Assembly: GCA_004431415.1 (NCBI GenBank)
Contig: QPMI01000101.1
Span: 124,001 to 188,000 of the forward strand
Length of the DNA: 64,000 nucleotides
From: Cyanophora paradoxa CCMP329
Taxonomy: Eukaryota; Plantae; Glaucophyta
Reading direction: 5' to 3'
In this document: positions 1 through 13,180 of the stretch, piece by piece
Position numbering within the stretch: position 1 is the stretch's first letter
Layout of the letters: the number at the start of each line of letters is the position of its first letter
Made by a program: the position numbers and the translations under genes
Notes under the pieces: model-generated
Seen by the model: the letters and a program-made list of their open reading frames with translations, nothing else
Database searches by the model: none
Told to the model about the DNA's origin: nothing

Positions 1-3000
1 GCGCACCCCGTCGAGGGGGCCGGTGAGGCCGGCGAGAATGCGGTCGCGGCAGGCGGCGGCGAGGGTGGCGTTGACGCGCCCGCCGGGCCCGGCGCTCGGC
101 CCGGCGATGAAGAAGGCGCCGCCGCCCTCGGCCGCCCGGTTGCCCCGCACGCTGGTGCCGTGCAAGGAGGCCGCGGGGCAGGCGGCGGCGCGGAGGAGGG
201 TGCCCCCGCCGTAGCGCGCCCGGTTGTTTTCCAGCGACGAGGAGACGAGGGCGAGGCTCGCGCCGGGCTCCACGCGCAGCGCGCCGCCGCCCTCGTGCGC
301 CTGCGAGGCCGCCTCGGCCGGCGCCCGGAGAGCGCAGAGAAGGCGGCGCACCGAGTTGCCGGCGAGGCTGCAGTTCGTGAGGGACGACGAGCCGCCCTCC
401 AAGGCGCAGGCGCCCCCGGACTCTGCAGGAGAGAAAGAAAGCAAGGGTCAGAGGGGGCGCCGGGGCGGGGCGGAGGGGCGGGGCGGGGCGGGGCGCGCGG
501 TTGGCAGAGTTGGAGGCGAAGGCGCAGCGCGCCGCGTCGACGACGGCCGCCTGCGACACGAGGAGGGCCCCTCCGTTCTCCAGCGCCCCCTGCGCCCCCC
601 GGCAGCAACGCCCATCGGAACGGGGGCGCGGAGGGGCGGGGCGGGGCGGGGCGGGGCGGGGGGCGGGGCGGGAAGAGAAGAAAGAGAAGAGGGTACGCAC
701 GTTGTGGGAGAGGAGGGAGTCACGGAGGGTGAGGTTGGCGGTGCCTGCGGCGTGGACGGCCCCGCCCGAGGCGAGCGCCGTGTTGTGCTCCACGCGGCAG
801 CGCGCCAGCCGCGTCACCGCCGCCTCCGCCACCGCCGCCGCCCCCCCGGTCGCCGCCACGTTGCCCCGCAGCGCCCCGTCCGTCAGCTCTGCGCCGAGGG
901 CGCCCGCGTCAGCGCCGGGACAGCTCGGAATAGTGCACCACTCCCTAAGAAGGCGCCAGGCGGAGCGACGGCGGCGGCCGCTTCTATACAAAGAGCTGCA
1001 GTAGATCGCTCTATAGGGGGCGGCTGCCCAGAGAACTGCTGTAAGAGTCGCTGGGAGGGGCGCTCGCGCCCCGCTATGAGCCGGCCGCCCATCTATAGCA
1101 CGCGTCATTCCAGCGTCTCATAGGAAGCGGGTGAAGAGCCTGTGGAGCGAGTACGGCAAGGGGAGGGGCGGACCGAGGAAGGCAGCGCCCTCGACGAGGA
1201 GGCCGCCGCCCTCCTCCTCCGCCACGTTCGAGGCCAGCGTGCACGCCGCGCACGCCACCGTCGCCCCCTGCCCGCCCCCGCCCCCTCAGCCGACACCACG
1301 CGTGGCAGCCGCGCTGCACCCGTCCCGACGAGGCCCGCGGGCGCGGGGTGGGGCGGGGCGGACCTGGGAGACGGCGATGCCGGCGCCGTGCGAGGCGCGG
1401 TTCTCCAGCACCGCCGCCCCCTCGATGGCCACGCGGGCCTGGCCCTCGAGCCACAGCGCCCCCTGCGCGCCACGCTCCCGTCGAACAGGGCGGGGGCGGG
1501 GGCGGGGCGGGAGGGGGTGCGGGGCGGGCGGACGCCGGACTGGGCGGCGTTGCGGCGGAAGGTGGAGGGCCCCGCCACCGAGAGCGCCGCGTTCGTCCCC
1601 GCGAAGACCGCCCCGCCCCTGCTCCGCCCCCCCCGTCAGCAAGCCGATTGGCCGGGACGCGAGTTTGGTTATTTGATTTGCAGGAGTTTGCAGAAGGAAA
1701 GATATGGGAGCTTATGTCAGGCTCTTCTTTGTGCGTTCAATGAGGGCAAGAGGCTCCGGCGGGGCGCACGCGTCGGTGGCGGCGTTGTCGAGGAAGGTGA
1801 CCGCCTCGAGGGCCGTCGGCCGCCCCGCGTCGCCCCCGACGTACACGCCGCCTGCCGCCTCCCCCTCAGCCCCAATTGAGGAAGCCAATTCAAGAAAGGG
1901 GCTGGGGAGGTGGGTGGGGGATTGGGCACGCGCCACCCGAAGAGTCGGCGCGGTTCTCGCGGAAGAGGGTTCCGTTCACGGCCGAGTCGGCGTTCCAGAG
2001 GAAGAGGCCGGCCCCCTGCGCGCGCGCGCGGGCGGGCCGTCGTCAGACACTGACACACGCGAGAGGGTTGCAGGGGCGATTCGCTATCGTTTGCACGGCG
2101 TCGAGTCTGCTTCAGGCAGCCGTGACTGTCAAAGCGCGTCGGATTCCGCCCGCGGGTTTTCGTTATGCGTTCGCTAATGTAATATGGCCGGTTGAGGGCG
2201 TTGTGTTAGGTCCTAGGCTACGCGGCTTGCGTATTCCGAGGGCCGAAAGAGGAAGAGGGAAGAAGGAAAGAGCGGACGCGGTCGTGGGCGGAGCAGCGGA
2301 CGACGGAGCCGCCGGAGAGGCGGAGCGAGTTGAGGTCGCCGGCGTAGATGGCCCCGCCCGAGTAGGCCGAGCAGCCCTCGAACGTCGAGTTGCTCACCGT
2401 GAAGCTCGCCAGCCTGTGCCGGCGGGATTAGCTTGGTGTCGCGCGGATACCGCTTCGTCGAGCTAGTTGATTAGCTAGTGCAGCTTGTTCAGAGTGGTTT
2501 GAATGGCTCAGGCTCGGTCCGGCGGCGTCGACGCACCGGAAGGCGTCGGCGAGGAGGCAGCCGCCGAGGGAGCCGGCGGTGTTCCCCTTGAAGGCCGAGT
2601 CGGAGACGGTGAGGGCGATGGCGCGGACGGCGGCCGCGCCGCCGCGGAAGGTGGCCGAGTTCCTCGCGAAGGTGCAGGCGGCGAGGGAGCCGACGGAGAA
2701 GGGGTCCCCCGTCGCGCCCCGGAAGCCCGTCCCGAAGTCGGAGGTGGCGTAGAGGGCGCCCCCGATGGCCCCCCGGTTCATCTCGAAGGCGGAGGAGACG
2801 AAGGACCAGTCGGTCCAGTCCAGGCTGTACACCGCCCCGCCCGTCCCGTCCGCCCCCACCGAGTTGTTGTGCAGGCGGCACCCCTCGCACGTGAAGTTCG
2901 CCGGCTGCCGCGCCCTTAGCGCCGGGCGAGAGGGGCGTGCAACAGACGCCGCCAATCGGACCTGCTCCAAGCTGAGGAAGAGGGACACCATCGCGAAGCC

Positions 3001-6000
3001 CCCGCCCCACACCTGAAGCGCTTGGGGTCACGAAACCGCGATCTCAACGGAACGGAACGCAAGCACCTCGGCGCGGTTATCAGCGAAAGTCGTGTTGCGG
3101 AACGCGACGGAGGCAGAGGCAGCAACGACGGCGCCGCCGCCCCACCGCAACTTCTGCCGCCGCGTGCACAGCGCTGCGCGGCCCAAAGCTTACGCCTGGA
3201 AAGAACGAAAGGAAAGGCGAAGAAGGGAACGTACTCTGGGTGTTGCCGGCGATGACCGAGTTGGAGACGGTTACACCTCGGCTCCACGCGATCGCGAAGC
3301 CCGCCCCCGCGGCTGTTGAGCGAGAGAAGCAGAAAGGAGTGAGAACGGAATGGCGCAGAGAAAGCCGGAACAACAGAGGGAGAGAGCTCACTGGCGGAGT
3401 TGTTGACGACGGTGACAGAGTCCACGACCGTGTTGTTGCTGGCGCGCGTTGTTAGCGGCGTCGACGTTGGCGGCCCCGGTCGGGGAGTGGCAATTCCGTC
3501 TGATTAGTTTTGGTATTTAGGGAAGAACGTTTAGCTCTGTGGAAAGGTTCCTTTGGTCCTCGCCCACTTGCTGAGCGGATTCCCTCCGGAAAAAGGATTC
3601 GAAAGGCGCGAGTCACCTCTCTACGATGGCGAAGCCGCCGCCACAGTCCTGCAGGTTCATCCAGCCGCCGCCTGCAGAGCAGAGCGCTCTCGATACGATG
3701 CGCGCGAGACAATGCGTCGAAAGCAACGGGAAGACGCACGCTGGCGGTTTCCGGTGAAGGAGGAGCGCGAGAGGGAGCCATTGTTGACCCACCAAAGGAG
3801 GGCGCCCGCCCCCGCGCTGTCGAGCTCTGCAGCGCAGCGCCTGCTGAGCAAGAAAGAAACGGATGGATGTGGCGGGGAGAGGGAAGAACGGACTGGCGCC
3901 GTGGGGCCAGAGCGAGTCGACGCGGTTGGCGTCGAAGATGCAGTCGGACACGGAGACCGACTCGGACATCGTCACAGCGAGGCCGCCCCCGCCCGTCCCC
4001 GCCCGGTTCTCCCGGAACGTGCAGTTCACCTGCCCCGCCATCGGAACCCGGCGGACCGAAGCGGAGCAGAGATGGGATTCGGGATCGCACGATGGAGACG
4101 TTGTAAGAGGGGGTGTAAGTGGGCGGCTGGACGCTCCCGGCCACAAAGAGGCCGCCACCGAACTGGCCCTGCGAGGGTATCGCAATTCGGGATTCGATTC
4201 CGCAGCGGGGCGAGGCGGGGTCGGGTGGGGCCGAGCCGACCACCGCGTTTTCAACGAAGTCGCTGTTGCGGACGATGACGTTGTTCGACTGGTAGATCAC
4301 GAGGCCTCCGCCCTGGGGTGCGGGGTCGGCGGGGTACGTCGAGGGAGCGGGGGGGGGCGGGGGCACGTGGGCGGTGAAGTAGCTGAAGCAGGAGGCGGTG
4401 AATCCGGAGGGGCCGCAGGGCGTCACGGCGCAGCGGCTCTCGTCGTAGGGGACCACTTCGTTCTTCTCGAAGACGCAGTCCTCGACGAGCACGGACTGGT
4501 AGGCACGGCGCCATGAGGGGTTTGGGGATTGAGAGAGAGCAGAGAGGGTACAGGCGCACGGGGGACTTGGCGACGTTGATGGAGCCGCCTCCGCCGCTGA
4601 AGGCCTGCTGCGTGTTCTCGTGCCCTGCGGGGGGCCTGAGGGGAGGGGGGGAGGGGGGAGCAGGGCGAGCCGGGGTGCGCCGCACGGTTCTTCGAGACGT
4701 AAAGGCGGCGGAGGAGGACGGCGGGGCCGTTGACGGTGGTCGAGCCCGTGACGCTGAGGGCCGACCCCAGGAAGGGGAAGAAGGGGGAGGAGGGCGCGAA
4801 GTAGGCCCCCGTAATCTGCGCGGGGCGAGAACTCGGGGGTTCGGAGCCTTGGAGGGGGGCGCTTCCTGGGAGGAGGCGCGGCTCACGTTGAGGTCGATGA
4901 AAGCGAAGGAGGAGAGGGCGTTGGCGGTGACGGCGAGGAAGGGCCAGGGGGCGGCCGGGGAGATGGAGGTGCGCTCCCGCCCCGCCAGCCCCAGCATCGT
5001 GACGCGCACGCCCAGCGTCGAGCCGGCGTCGATCGCCACCCGCGACCAGCCTGCAAGCGACCCGTAAGGAAAGGAGCGATGGCGACTGCGCGTGGGGGTG
5101 GATATGGAAGAATGGAGCGGACCGGGGCCGGTGTAGCGCCCAGGGAAGAGCGCCAGAGTGTAGTTCCAGGCGAGGTTGCGGTGAAGAAGCGACGTGCAGA
5201 AGACGGGGGATGGAATGTTGAGGCAGACGGCTCCCTGCGGGGCGCTCAGTGTCGGCGGGCGGGGGGGAGGCGGCCGCGGCAAGACGGCGCACGTGGAGGG
5301 TGGCGAGGGGCCGGAAGTAGGAGCCGCGGCCGAGGAGGGGCAGGGAGCTGTCGCTGGCGCCGGCGGCGGGCGGGGCGAAGTAGAGGGCGGTGGGGCGGAT
5401 CGGGGGCGTCTCGAGGGGCGGGGGGACCGCGCAGTGCCCGCACACGCCCGTCGGGTAGCACGAGCCGAGCGCGAGCAGGTCGCCCAGCAGCCGCGTCGCG
5501 TTGCCCGCCGCCGCCTGCGCCGCCGCCGACGCGTTCGCCAGCGCCGACGCGGCGGCGGCCGCGGCGGTCGCGTTCCGCGCCATCGCCGCCGCCGCCGCCT
5601 CGGCCTGCGCCCGCGCCGCCGTCGCCGCGGCGCGCGCCGAGGCCGCCTCCGACGCCAGCGCCGCGTCGCCGGGCGAGACCGCCGCCGCCGCCTCCGCCGC
5701 CGCCGCGCGCCGCTCGAGGTCCGCGGCGCGCGCGCCGGCGGCGGCGCTGATTGCGGTCGCGTTGGCGAGGGTCTCGGCGGCACGCAGCGAGGCCGCGCGG
5801 GCCGCCGCCTCGGCGACCGACGTGGCGTTGGCGGCGTCGGTGGCCGAGGCGGCGGCGGCGGCGGCCGAGGCGCAGCGCCTGGCGTCGCATGCCGGCACGG
5901 CCGGGCAGTCCGGGTCCAGCATCCCGCACCCGCAGTCGCAGTACCCGTCCCCGTACCACGCCGCCGGGCACGTCCAGTTCGCAACTGCGCGTGCGCGGCG

Positions 6001-7474
6001 TCGGCAGCGGAGCGGAGGGCCCCCCGCGAGCCCAGCCCGGCGCACGGTTCGCCGGTTTCAAGCACTGATCCACTACGCAGAGGCCGCCGTTCGCGGCGCA
6101 GTCGGCGGCGCAGCGCGCTGCGCGGCGGGCGAGCTGAGTGGGGATGGGAAGGAGAAGAGGAAGGGGCGGCGCACTGCCCCAGATCTCGGCCTTGACGCGG
6201 ATGTCGTTGTTGGCGACGTGCGTGTACTCCGCGTACAGCGAAGTCGTCTGGAAGGTCAGCGTCGCCGCCGTCGCGTTCGCCCGCGTGAACCTGCGAACGG
6301 TCCCACCCGGTGAGAAGGCGCGGCGCGGGCGTGCCGGGCGGGGTCCGGGAGGGGAGGGCGCGCACAGGGCGAGGAGGCGGGTGCGGTCCGGGGAGTCGTA
6401 GAAGGCGAGGCTCTCGCCGGGCTGCAGAGAGGCGGCCCCCGAGACGGCCACGCGCGCCGCCGTCGCCCTCGGGTCGAGAGCCACGCGCCACGCGCAGACC
6501 CCCGCGCCCGTCTCGTTCGCCGTCCCCGGCCGCCCCGAGAGCACCGTGCCCCACACGCCCTCGTCCCGCTCCTCCACGTAGCCCCCCCGCCTGCACCGCA
6601 CCGACCCTGCAGCGCCGGCGGCCCTCGGCCGGCCGCAAGGGCGGGCGGGGGATGCCGACCGCACCCGTAGAGAAGGAGCCGTTAAAGCCCCTCCCCTCGT
6701 AGAAGGTGAAGTCCTTGTTGTAGACGAGGCAGAGCTGTGGGGCGAACGCGGCGCTCCACGGCGAGGAGAGGAGCGCCGGGGCGCTCCCCGTGAGGCGCGC
6801 GAAGCGAAGGGTCGAAGACGGCGTCCCCGTTCCCGTCGCGCCGGTGCATCCGGTGCTGTATGCGTCCAGCGTGTCCCCGCTGAGGAAGAGGCCCCCGTCC
6901 TCCACGTCTGCGCGGGGCGCCGTCCGGTCAGCGACGATCGGGCGGGCGGCGGGCGCCGCGGCAAGCGCCGCTCGATCCGAGGCTCGCGCACCGAAGTCGC
7001 TGAAGGTCACCCACGCAATCGACACGTTTCTTTGGAGCGGGTCCGGCGGCACCCGCAGATCCCTGCTCCGTGTCACCTCCGCGCCCGATCACTGCGAGAC
7101 GCAGTAGCTCGCGCACCAGGGCGTGGGACATTGCGCAGTTGTCCCGCCTCGTATGCAGCTGACTGAGGCGTTGAGCGCCTGTATTTGGATTGCTGCGGTG
7201 AAACGGCGGGATTCGCGGATAAGCGAATCGGATCGCGTGCAGCGCTACGGGTGGGTCGATCCGCACTGGCAGCTGTGTGCAGTAGCGATGCAATAACTGC
7301 ACAGGAGAGGATCAGGTCGGACAGCAGCTTTCGCCTCGTCCAGATGCGCGTTCTGGAGGGGCGCGCTCCCGGCGAGCCCGCGCAGGACAGCAGATGATGG
7401 TGCACGGATCGGGACCATTGTAAGCTGGCCCTCCCAGGCCTCCCGTTGCTCCTCCTCATCGCAACCGGCCGCAT
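1..7474 (-). CDS. Large multi-exon secreted/surface protein with Cys-rich EGF-like motifs and right-handed beta-helix (PMP/pectin-lyase-like GGA/FxxN) repeats; 3' end runs off the window
   Basis: Hydrophobic N-terminal segment (LILSCAVIASLLHTAASA); Cys-rich WTCPAAWYGDGYCDCGCG..DPDC; repeated FEKN, GGGLVI, FRENRAGTGGGGLAV, GGAVYS, FEMNRGAIGGALYA, FARNSATFRGGAAAV, FKGNTAGSLGGCLL in exons split by short introns. Exact start uncertain. Confidence 0.75.
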
Positions 7475-8333
7475 CCTAACTAGGCGAACCCAGTCGGCCA
7501 GGCGACGGCGGTTGCTGCTCTAGTGGCTATCATCGAGCTATCATCGAGTCGTCGATCGAGCAGCAGTGACTCGGCCGGGTCGGGTCAATGCTGCGACACA
7601 GTCGATCACACTCGGCCGGGACACCGGGAGAGGTGCGGAACGCCCCAGATTCGAACATAGGTCTTTCAGGTTTATTGCCCTTCACAATTTTAGTAAAAAG
7701 GTATCCACCGGTGACGTGACGTCATGATACGATCCGAAACGCTCAGGATTGGTCGGTGTTCATGGATTTTCATTTCCCCTTTAAAAAACAAATTTTTGCA
7801 CACAATTAAAGTTGCATGAATCATGCATAATCGCAGATAAATAAGCATGGATCTTATAATGATTCTTATTTCCATCGATATCCCGGCCGATCGATATATA
7901 TATATCGATATCGATTTATATATATATATGATAAATCATGATCACATCATTGATATCGTGGCTATTCTGGCCATGGATGCATGCGTAATTAATAAATGCG
8001 CACGACGCTGCACGTGCACGTGCACGTGCGCTTACCACAATGCATTTAATATTTTAATGCAAATTTAAATTTGCAATCTCCAAATTCTGTGCATGCGCAA
8101 TGCGGGTACGAGGCGTCTGAGCGCGGGAGGAAGCTGTTCATGCTGGGGTATAGAAGAGCGGGTGCGCACGGGTACAGGCGGGCGAGGCAGTGCTCGTGCT
8201 GCAGCTGGTATACGTAGCGGGGAGCTTAAGTTTAAGCTGCACGCGCAGTTAGCTATATATAGCTGAAGACGGCGCGGCAGCGTTCGGATAACGCCCGGCG
8301 CCAGTTCCCGCACACCACCCTCGTCTTTGGCCA

Positions 8334-9326
8334 ATGTCCTTAAGCTTCGCGCATCCAGCTGCAGTGCTAGCGCAGCCGATCCCGGCGCGATCCGGCCCAT
8401 GGAGCTTGTTCCGGGGCACCTCTCTGGCCCGTCGCGGCGCTAGCGCTTTGCCAGCCTCCTTGCCGGCGCCCGCTCCGCTATTCACTCTCAGCTGCAGCGC
8501 CGGCCGCGGTGGCAAGCTCGAGACGCTCATGATCATGATTACGCCGGCGCCAGAAGCCGCGGCCGCGGCTGAAAGTGGACTGGAACAACAGGGAATCGTT
8601 TGGGAGACCAGTCGAGCGCTTCGCCGCCGCAAGCTCCTACTCTCCGCCGCGGCGGCCGCGGCGTGCACAGTCTCTGTCGCGGCCGCACCAGTCTCCGCAC
8701 GAACTGCAGGCCAGGACTTGCAGTTTGTGAAGACTGAATCCGGGCTTGAGTTCTACGATTGGAGCTATGGACAGGGCGCCTCGCCCAAACCCGGCGACGA
8801 GGTGGTCGTCGAGTACACAGCTCGACTGGCAGACCGGCACGCGCGCTTTGGCAGCCCTCCCCTCGCCTTCCCCCACGGCAGCGCCCCCGCTCGTCTTATT
8901 AAGCCATATGCATTGATTTGTCGTCGCCGTCCGACGGTCGTGGCATGCGCAGATTCGGGTGGCAGTTCGATTCAACGAAGGGAAGGGGACAGCCGCTGGT
9001 GCTGCGGATCGGCGATGGGAGTCTCATGAAAGGGTTCGAGGAGGGCCTGCTGGGAATGCGCGAGGGCGGCGTTCGCCGCCTGGTCATCCCCCCGGGCCTC
9101 GGCTTCACCGACGAGAGCGTCGGGCCCGTCCCCGACGACGTGCGCCCGATCCCCGCATACTCAACCCCTCCCGCCCGCGAGCTCGAGCCTTACTAAGTTA
9201 TATCAACCCGGCCCGGGGTCCCCTCGCCAGTTCGGAGACAGGCGAAGACTCTATTCGACGGTGCTGAACCCCTCTCGGCCTCCTGTAACGGTCGTCTATG
9301 ACGTGAAGCTCATTGGGATTCGCTGA
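8334..9326 (+). CDS. FKBP-type peptidyl-prolyl isomerase, probably plastid thylakoid-lumen targeted
   Basis: MSLSFAHP.. transit-like start; RRRKLLLSAAAAAA twin-Arg-like signal; TESGLEFYDWSYGQG, GDEVVVEYTARL, FDST..RGQP, KGFEEGLLGMREGGVRRLVIPPGLGF, VVYDVKLIGIR*. Introns 8837-8952 (GC-AG) and 9140-9230 (GT-AG). Confidence 0.9.
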
Positions 9327-9409
9327 GCGCCTTCGGGGCGCCGGCTGTCCTCTTTCTGCTCGCCTCCTTGCTGTTGTGTGATTAATACCTTTCTAGATCT
9401 ACCAGTCTG

Positions 9410-12177
9410 CTAGGAAAACTTCGTTCTGGTTAAAAAGACCTGCGCGGCGGTCTGTACGGGCAGCGGGTGCATGCGCAGGGAGGGCGGGCGGGCCTTCTCG
9501 GCAGCCGGGGCGGAGTGGGGTCGGGCCTTCTTATAGACGAAGTTGTCCCACTGGCACCGGGCGACGGCGTCGGAGGGCAGCGGGGCCGGCGGGGCGGCCG
9601 CGCCGGCCTCCCGCCCGCCTCCTTCCTCGCCGCCGCTGCCGTCGCTCGCGGCCGACCGGGGCCGCTTGGGGGCCCCCGCGGCCCCCGCAGCGGCGCTGCA
9701 GGCGGAGCCGGGGCGAGAGCTGGCCGCACTCCCGCTGCCCGAGCCGGCCTCGGCGGCTTCGTCCTCCTCGTCCCGGCCCCACGTGAAGCTCCACCTGCCC
9801 GCCGCTCGACCGGGACCGGACCAGACGGGGCGGCGCGGGGCGGGGCGGTGTGGGACGGAGAGGGGCGCACGGGTCGGCCCCCGGGGAGGCCGGGCGGGCC
9901 GGGGTGCGCTCCCCCGCGGAAGGCGAACGCTCCCGCTCTGGAGCCGCGAAGTACCTGCCGCTCCATCAGCGTTCCCCCTCCCTCCCAAACCGGCCGCCCG
10001 CCCGCCGCTTCCCTTGCTTACCGCGAGGTCTGCTCGCGCGGGCGGTCGGGAGGGCGTGCCGCCTTCGCCTCGTCCCGGCCCGCCCCGGCGCCGCCGGATT
10101 TGCCCAAGGGCGCCGGAGGAGGGACCTCCTCGTCGTCCTCCCCCCCGCCCCCCTCCCCTTGCCCCTCGTCCGCGTCCAGCACAATCTGCGTCTCTGCGAT
10201 CAGAGAAGCACCCGGGCCCAGAAGGCAAGAACGCTGGGCCCCGCACAGGCTCGAACTGCTGCCGTTCCAGCGGCCGGGAGGGGACGGCAGGGCCGGGCCG
10301 CGGCGGGAAGGACGCGGTTGGGCCCTTCGGCGCAACGGGCCGCGGGGGCTTGAAGCCGCGGCTGGCGGCGGCGGAGGCGCCGGGCAGCTGCGCGGGGGCG
10401 AAGAAGGACGAAATCGGCTTCTGGCCCTTCTGCAGGGGGCCCGGATCCCGCTTGCTCTTCCACTCCGCGGCGCCGGCCGGCTGCGCAGCCCCGGCGGCCT
10501 TCTTGGAGATGGGCCCGAAGCCGTTGTCGGCGCTGAAGGGGGCCGGCCTGGGCCGGCCCGCCGGCTGGGGGCCGCCGGACATCTGCGGGCGGGGCGGGCC
10601 GGCGCGCTGCGGCGGCTGCTCGCGGGGCGGCGAGGAGGGGAACGGCTCGTGGGTCATCGGGTCGATCTCGCCCCGGGCGACCCGGCGGGCTGTCTCTGGC
10701 GGGATCTCCGGCCCCAGGATGTCGGGGCGGGGGCCCGAGCCCTCCGGCAGCTCCCGCATGCAGTGCACCAGCTCCTGCCGCTCCGGGTCGAAGACCCAGT
10801 GGAATCTGCGGGGCGCGTCGGCGGGAGGGAGCGGGGGAGGGGGAGGGCGGGGGTACGTGAATGTGGCGCAGGCGTCCTCGAACTTGGCGCGGTAGTCCTG
10901 GGGTACGTTGAACTTGCCGGAGAGCTGGATGCGGCGGAAGACGACGTCGCTGCTGGGGGCCCCCTTGATGAACTTGTGCGCCGTCTTGACGCCCATCCCC
11001 TGCAGCGACGGCAGGAAGTCGCACCCCGCCAGCACGCACTGCCCGCACCGGTGTCAGGGGCGGGTGCACGGTTCGCGTGCGAGGGAGCGGGGTACGCGCG
11101 CGCACCATCTGGAGGAACATATCCTGCGTCCAGCTGTGGAAGTTGAGCTCCACGGCGCTCGGCAGGTTGCGGATCTTGACTTCCTTGGCGTTGCCCTGCT
11201 TGTCCAGCTTGAAGAGGACCCACGGGCACGCGTACGCCAGCAGGTCCGAGTCCTCCGTGAGGACAGCGTCCACCATTCCATTCCGGCAAAGGTACGCCAG
11301 CTGCGCGTCCGCCTCGTAGGGCGCCACTGCGGCGCTCTCAGCGGCGGCGGCGGTTGGTGTGCGCTTGCGTGCGGGTGGGCAGGTCAGGCCAGGGCGAACC
11401 CAGGTACTCCACGTTCTGCTCGCGGAGGGCCCGGATCCAGCGGTACGCCATGTAGGGCGTCACGTCGACGGCCTTTGCGTAGTACTCGTTCGCCGCGTCG
11501 CTGCGGGGCTCGCGCGTAAGCCCCGCACGCGAACACCGGGCGGCGCGGGCGCACCGCTTGCCCTCCCGCTGGTACTCCTCGGCCTTCGCACGGTTCTTAG
11601 CGCGCTCCCTGCACTGTGCTTCGGGTGCGCGATAGCGGTGGCGCGCGGCGCGCGGCGCACGCTTGGCGCTCCTTCTCCTTGCCCGCCTTCGACGGCAGGC
11701 GGGCGCCACTGCGGGCGTGGGTAAGAGGGGGACGCTGAGAGCGAGTCGAGATGTGACGCACTCGAAAACGATGTAAGGGATCACTCCGTGGTGCCTCAGG
11801 AGGCCTGCGGTGCGAGTTGGAACCAATGGGTCAGAGGCGGGCAAGGCGCGTGCCCCACTTGCGGGAGCGGACGGACCGACGAGGTTCATGCAGAAGTGCA
11901 CATATCGGTCTGTTCCCTGCGGATTGTTGAACAGCTCCTGGGCGCAGCCGAACACGCTGCGGTGTAGCCAGCAGTAGCCGTCCTGCGCCCCGCCAGGTCA
12001 GAGCGACGCACGGAGCAGGTCGGATACGAGAGCGCACGACCGCGATTCTCTTCCCGCTCAGCTGGCTCAGGTGCACGTCCTGCTGGATGTTCTTCAAGAC
12101 CGGCAGCAGGCCCTGCACGCTCGCATCAAGACGGCGTGCACCGAGGCCGCGGGCAGCGATCGTACTTGGATGCCCAT
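9410..12177 (-). CDS. EXO1: Exonuclease 1 (XPG/FEN1 family), multi-exon
   Basis: Spliced MGIQGLLPVLK..SGKRIAVDGYCWLHR, APYEADAQLAYL, VDAVLTEDSDLLAY, LAGCDFLPSLQGMGVKTAHK; low-complexity C-terminal tail. Confidence 0.93.
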
Positions 12178-12458
12178 GGCGACAGATCCTCGTCCTCACA
12201 GGCTGCACAGGCGGGCTCCGGCTCGCCCACTTCTTCCAGCAGTACAAGAGCGCCGTGTGGGCGAGCGCTGCTCCTACAAACCGACTCCTAGTGCTTCAAG
12301 CGATCCCTGCGCATCGCTGAGAGGCCCCTTTCGACGTTTCTCGTTCGAATGCTGCCGTGCCTTGTACCCCAACCCGGCAGCTCGTGTTTTGTACCCCCTC
12401 GCCGTTCCGACTCTTCCGAGCACGCAGCGTTTCCCCGTTTCCCAGCACCGTGGCGAAG

Positions 12459-13095
12459 ATGTCCGACGAGATCCGCTCGCGTCCCGGCGATCAGCAGGGC
12501 GGTCATCAGGGAATGGGCAAGGGAGCGGAGAGCGGCGGGCCGATGGGCAAGCAGTCGATGGGGGTGCGTATGCGCTCATGTTTGCGCGAGCGCAAGTAGG
12601 CGCGCGCGCGCTCGGCCAAGCGCGCGTTCGCTCGACCAAGCGCGCGCTCTCCGCTACTAGAACGTATCCGCGCGCGCGTATTCGTACGCTCCTAGATCTT
12701 CGCATCAGCGATCGCCGCTACGTGCTCGCCGCTCCTTCTAGATCTCCGCCCGTCCATCGCTCCGCGCTCCGGCCGGCGCCCGGCCCTGACGTCGACACGA
12801 CCGACTTCAGGGCGGCACGAAGGGCGGCGCGGGCCTGTACGCGTCCGCGGTCGAGCACTCGGTGGAAATTCCAGGAAAGCCGAGAGGGAGCGACAACACC
12901 CAGCCCACGCCCTCAAACATCGGAGTGAATGAGGACGCCATCCGAAAGGCGCATTCCCCATGGCCGATCGCATGCTCAAGCTTATCAAATTTCTCGCGCG
13001 CGCCGCAGGGAATCGTCTCGGAACCCGATGCCGGAGTGCGCCGCGGGGAGGCGGGCCCCGCCGACGCGCGCCTCCAGAACAACCCGAATGCTTAA
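12459..13095 (+). CDS. Small hydrophilic Gly-rich protein of unknown function (spliced)
   Basis: MSDEIRSRPGDQQGGHQGMGKGAESGGPMGKQSMG|GTGCGT donor ... PTPSNIGVNEDAIRK|GC..CAG|GIVSEPDAG..NNPNA*. Middle exons not resolved. Confidence 0.5.
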
Positions 13096-13180
13096 AGCTC
13101 CACCGTCCTGCGCCCAGCCCTGCGCCAGCTGCAGCGGTGTCTGGTTGTTTGTTCCTCTCCTGTAATCTTAATACGACACC

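Noticed and set aside
973-1090. Imperfect inverted repeat in a longer-than-usual intron
   Set aside because: Only ~15 bp of GC-rich pairing and no TSD; cannot call a MITE or miRNA.
4251-7076. Long Arg/Pro/Ala-rich ORFs in the track (e.g. 941 aa) and antisense ORFs throughout
   Set aside because: Artefacts of high GC content and read-through of short introns; the real proteins switch frame at splice sites.
7630-7690. tRNA-like sequence on the minus strand (B-box GTTCGAATC)
   Set aside because: No convincing A-box, D-arm or acceptor stem; at most a degenerate tRNA/SINE relic.
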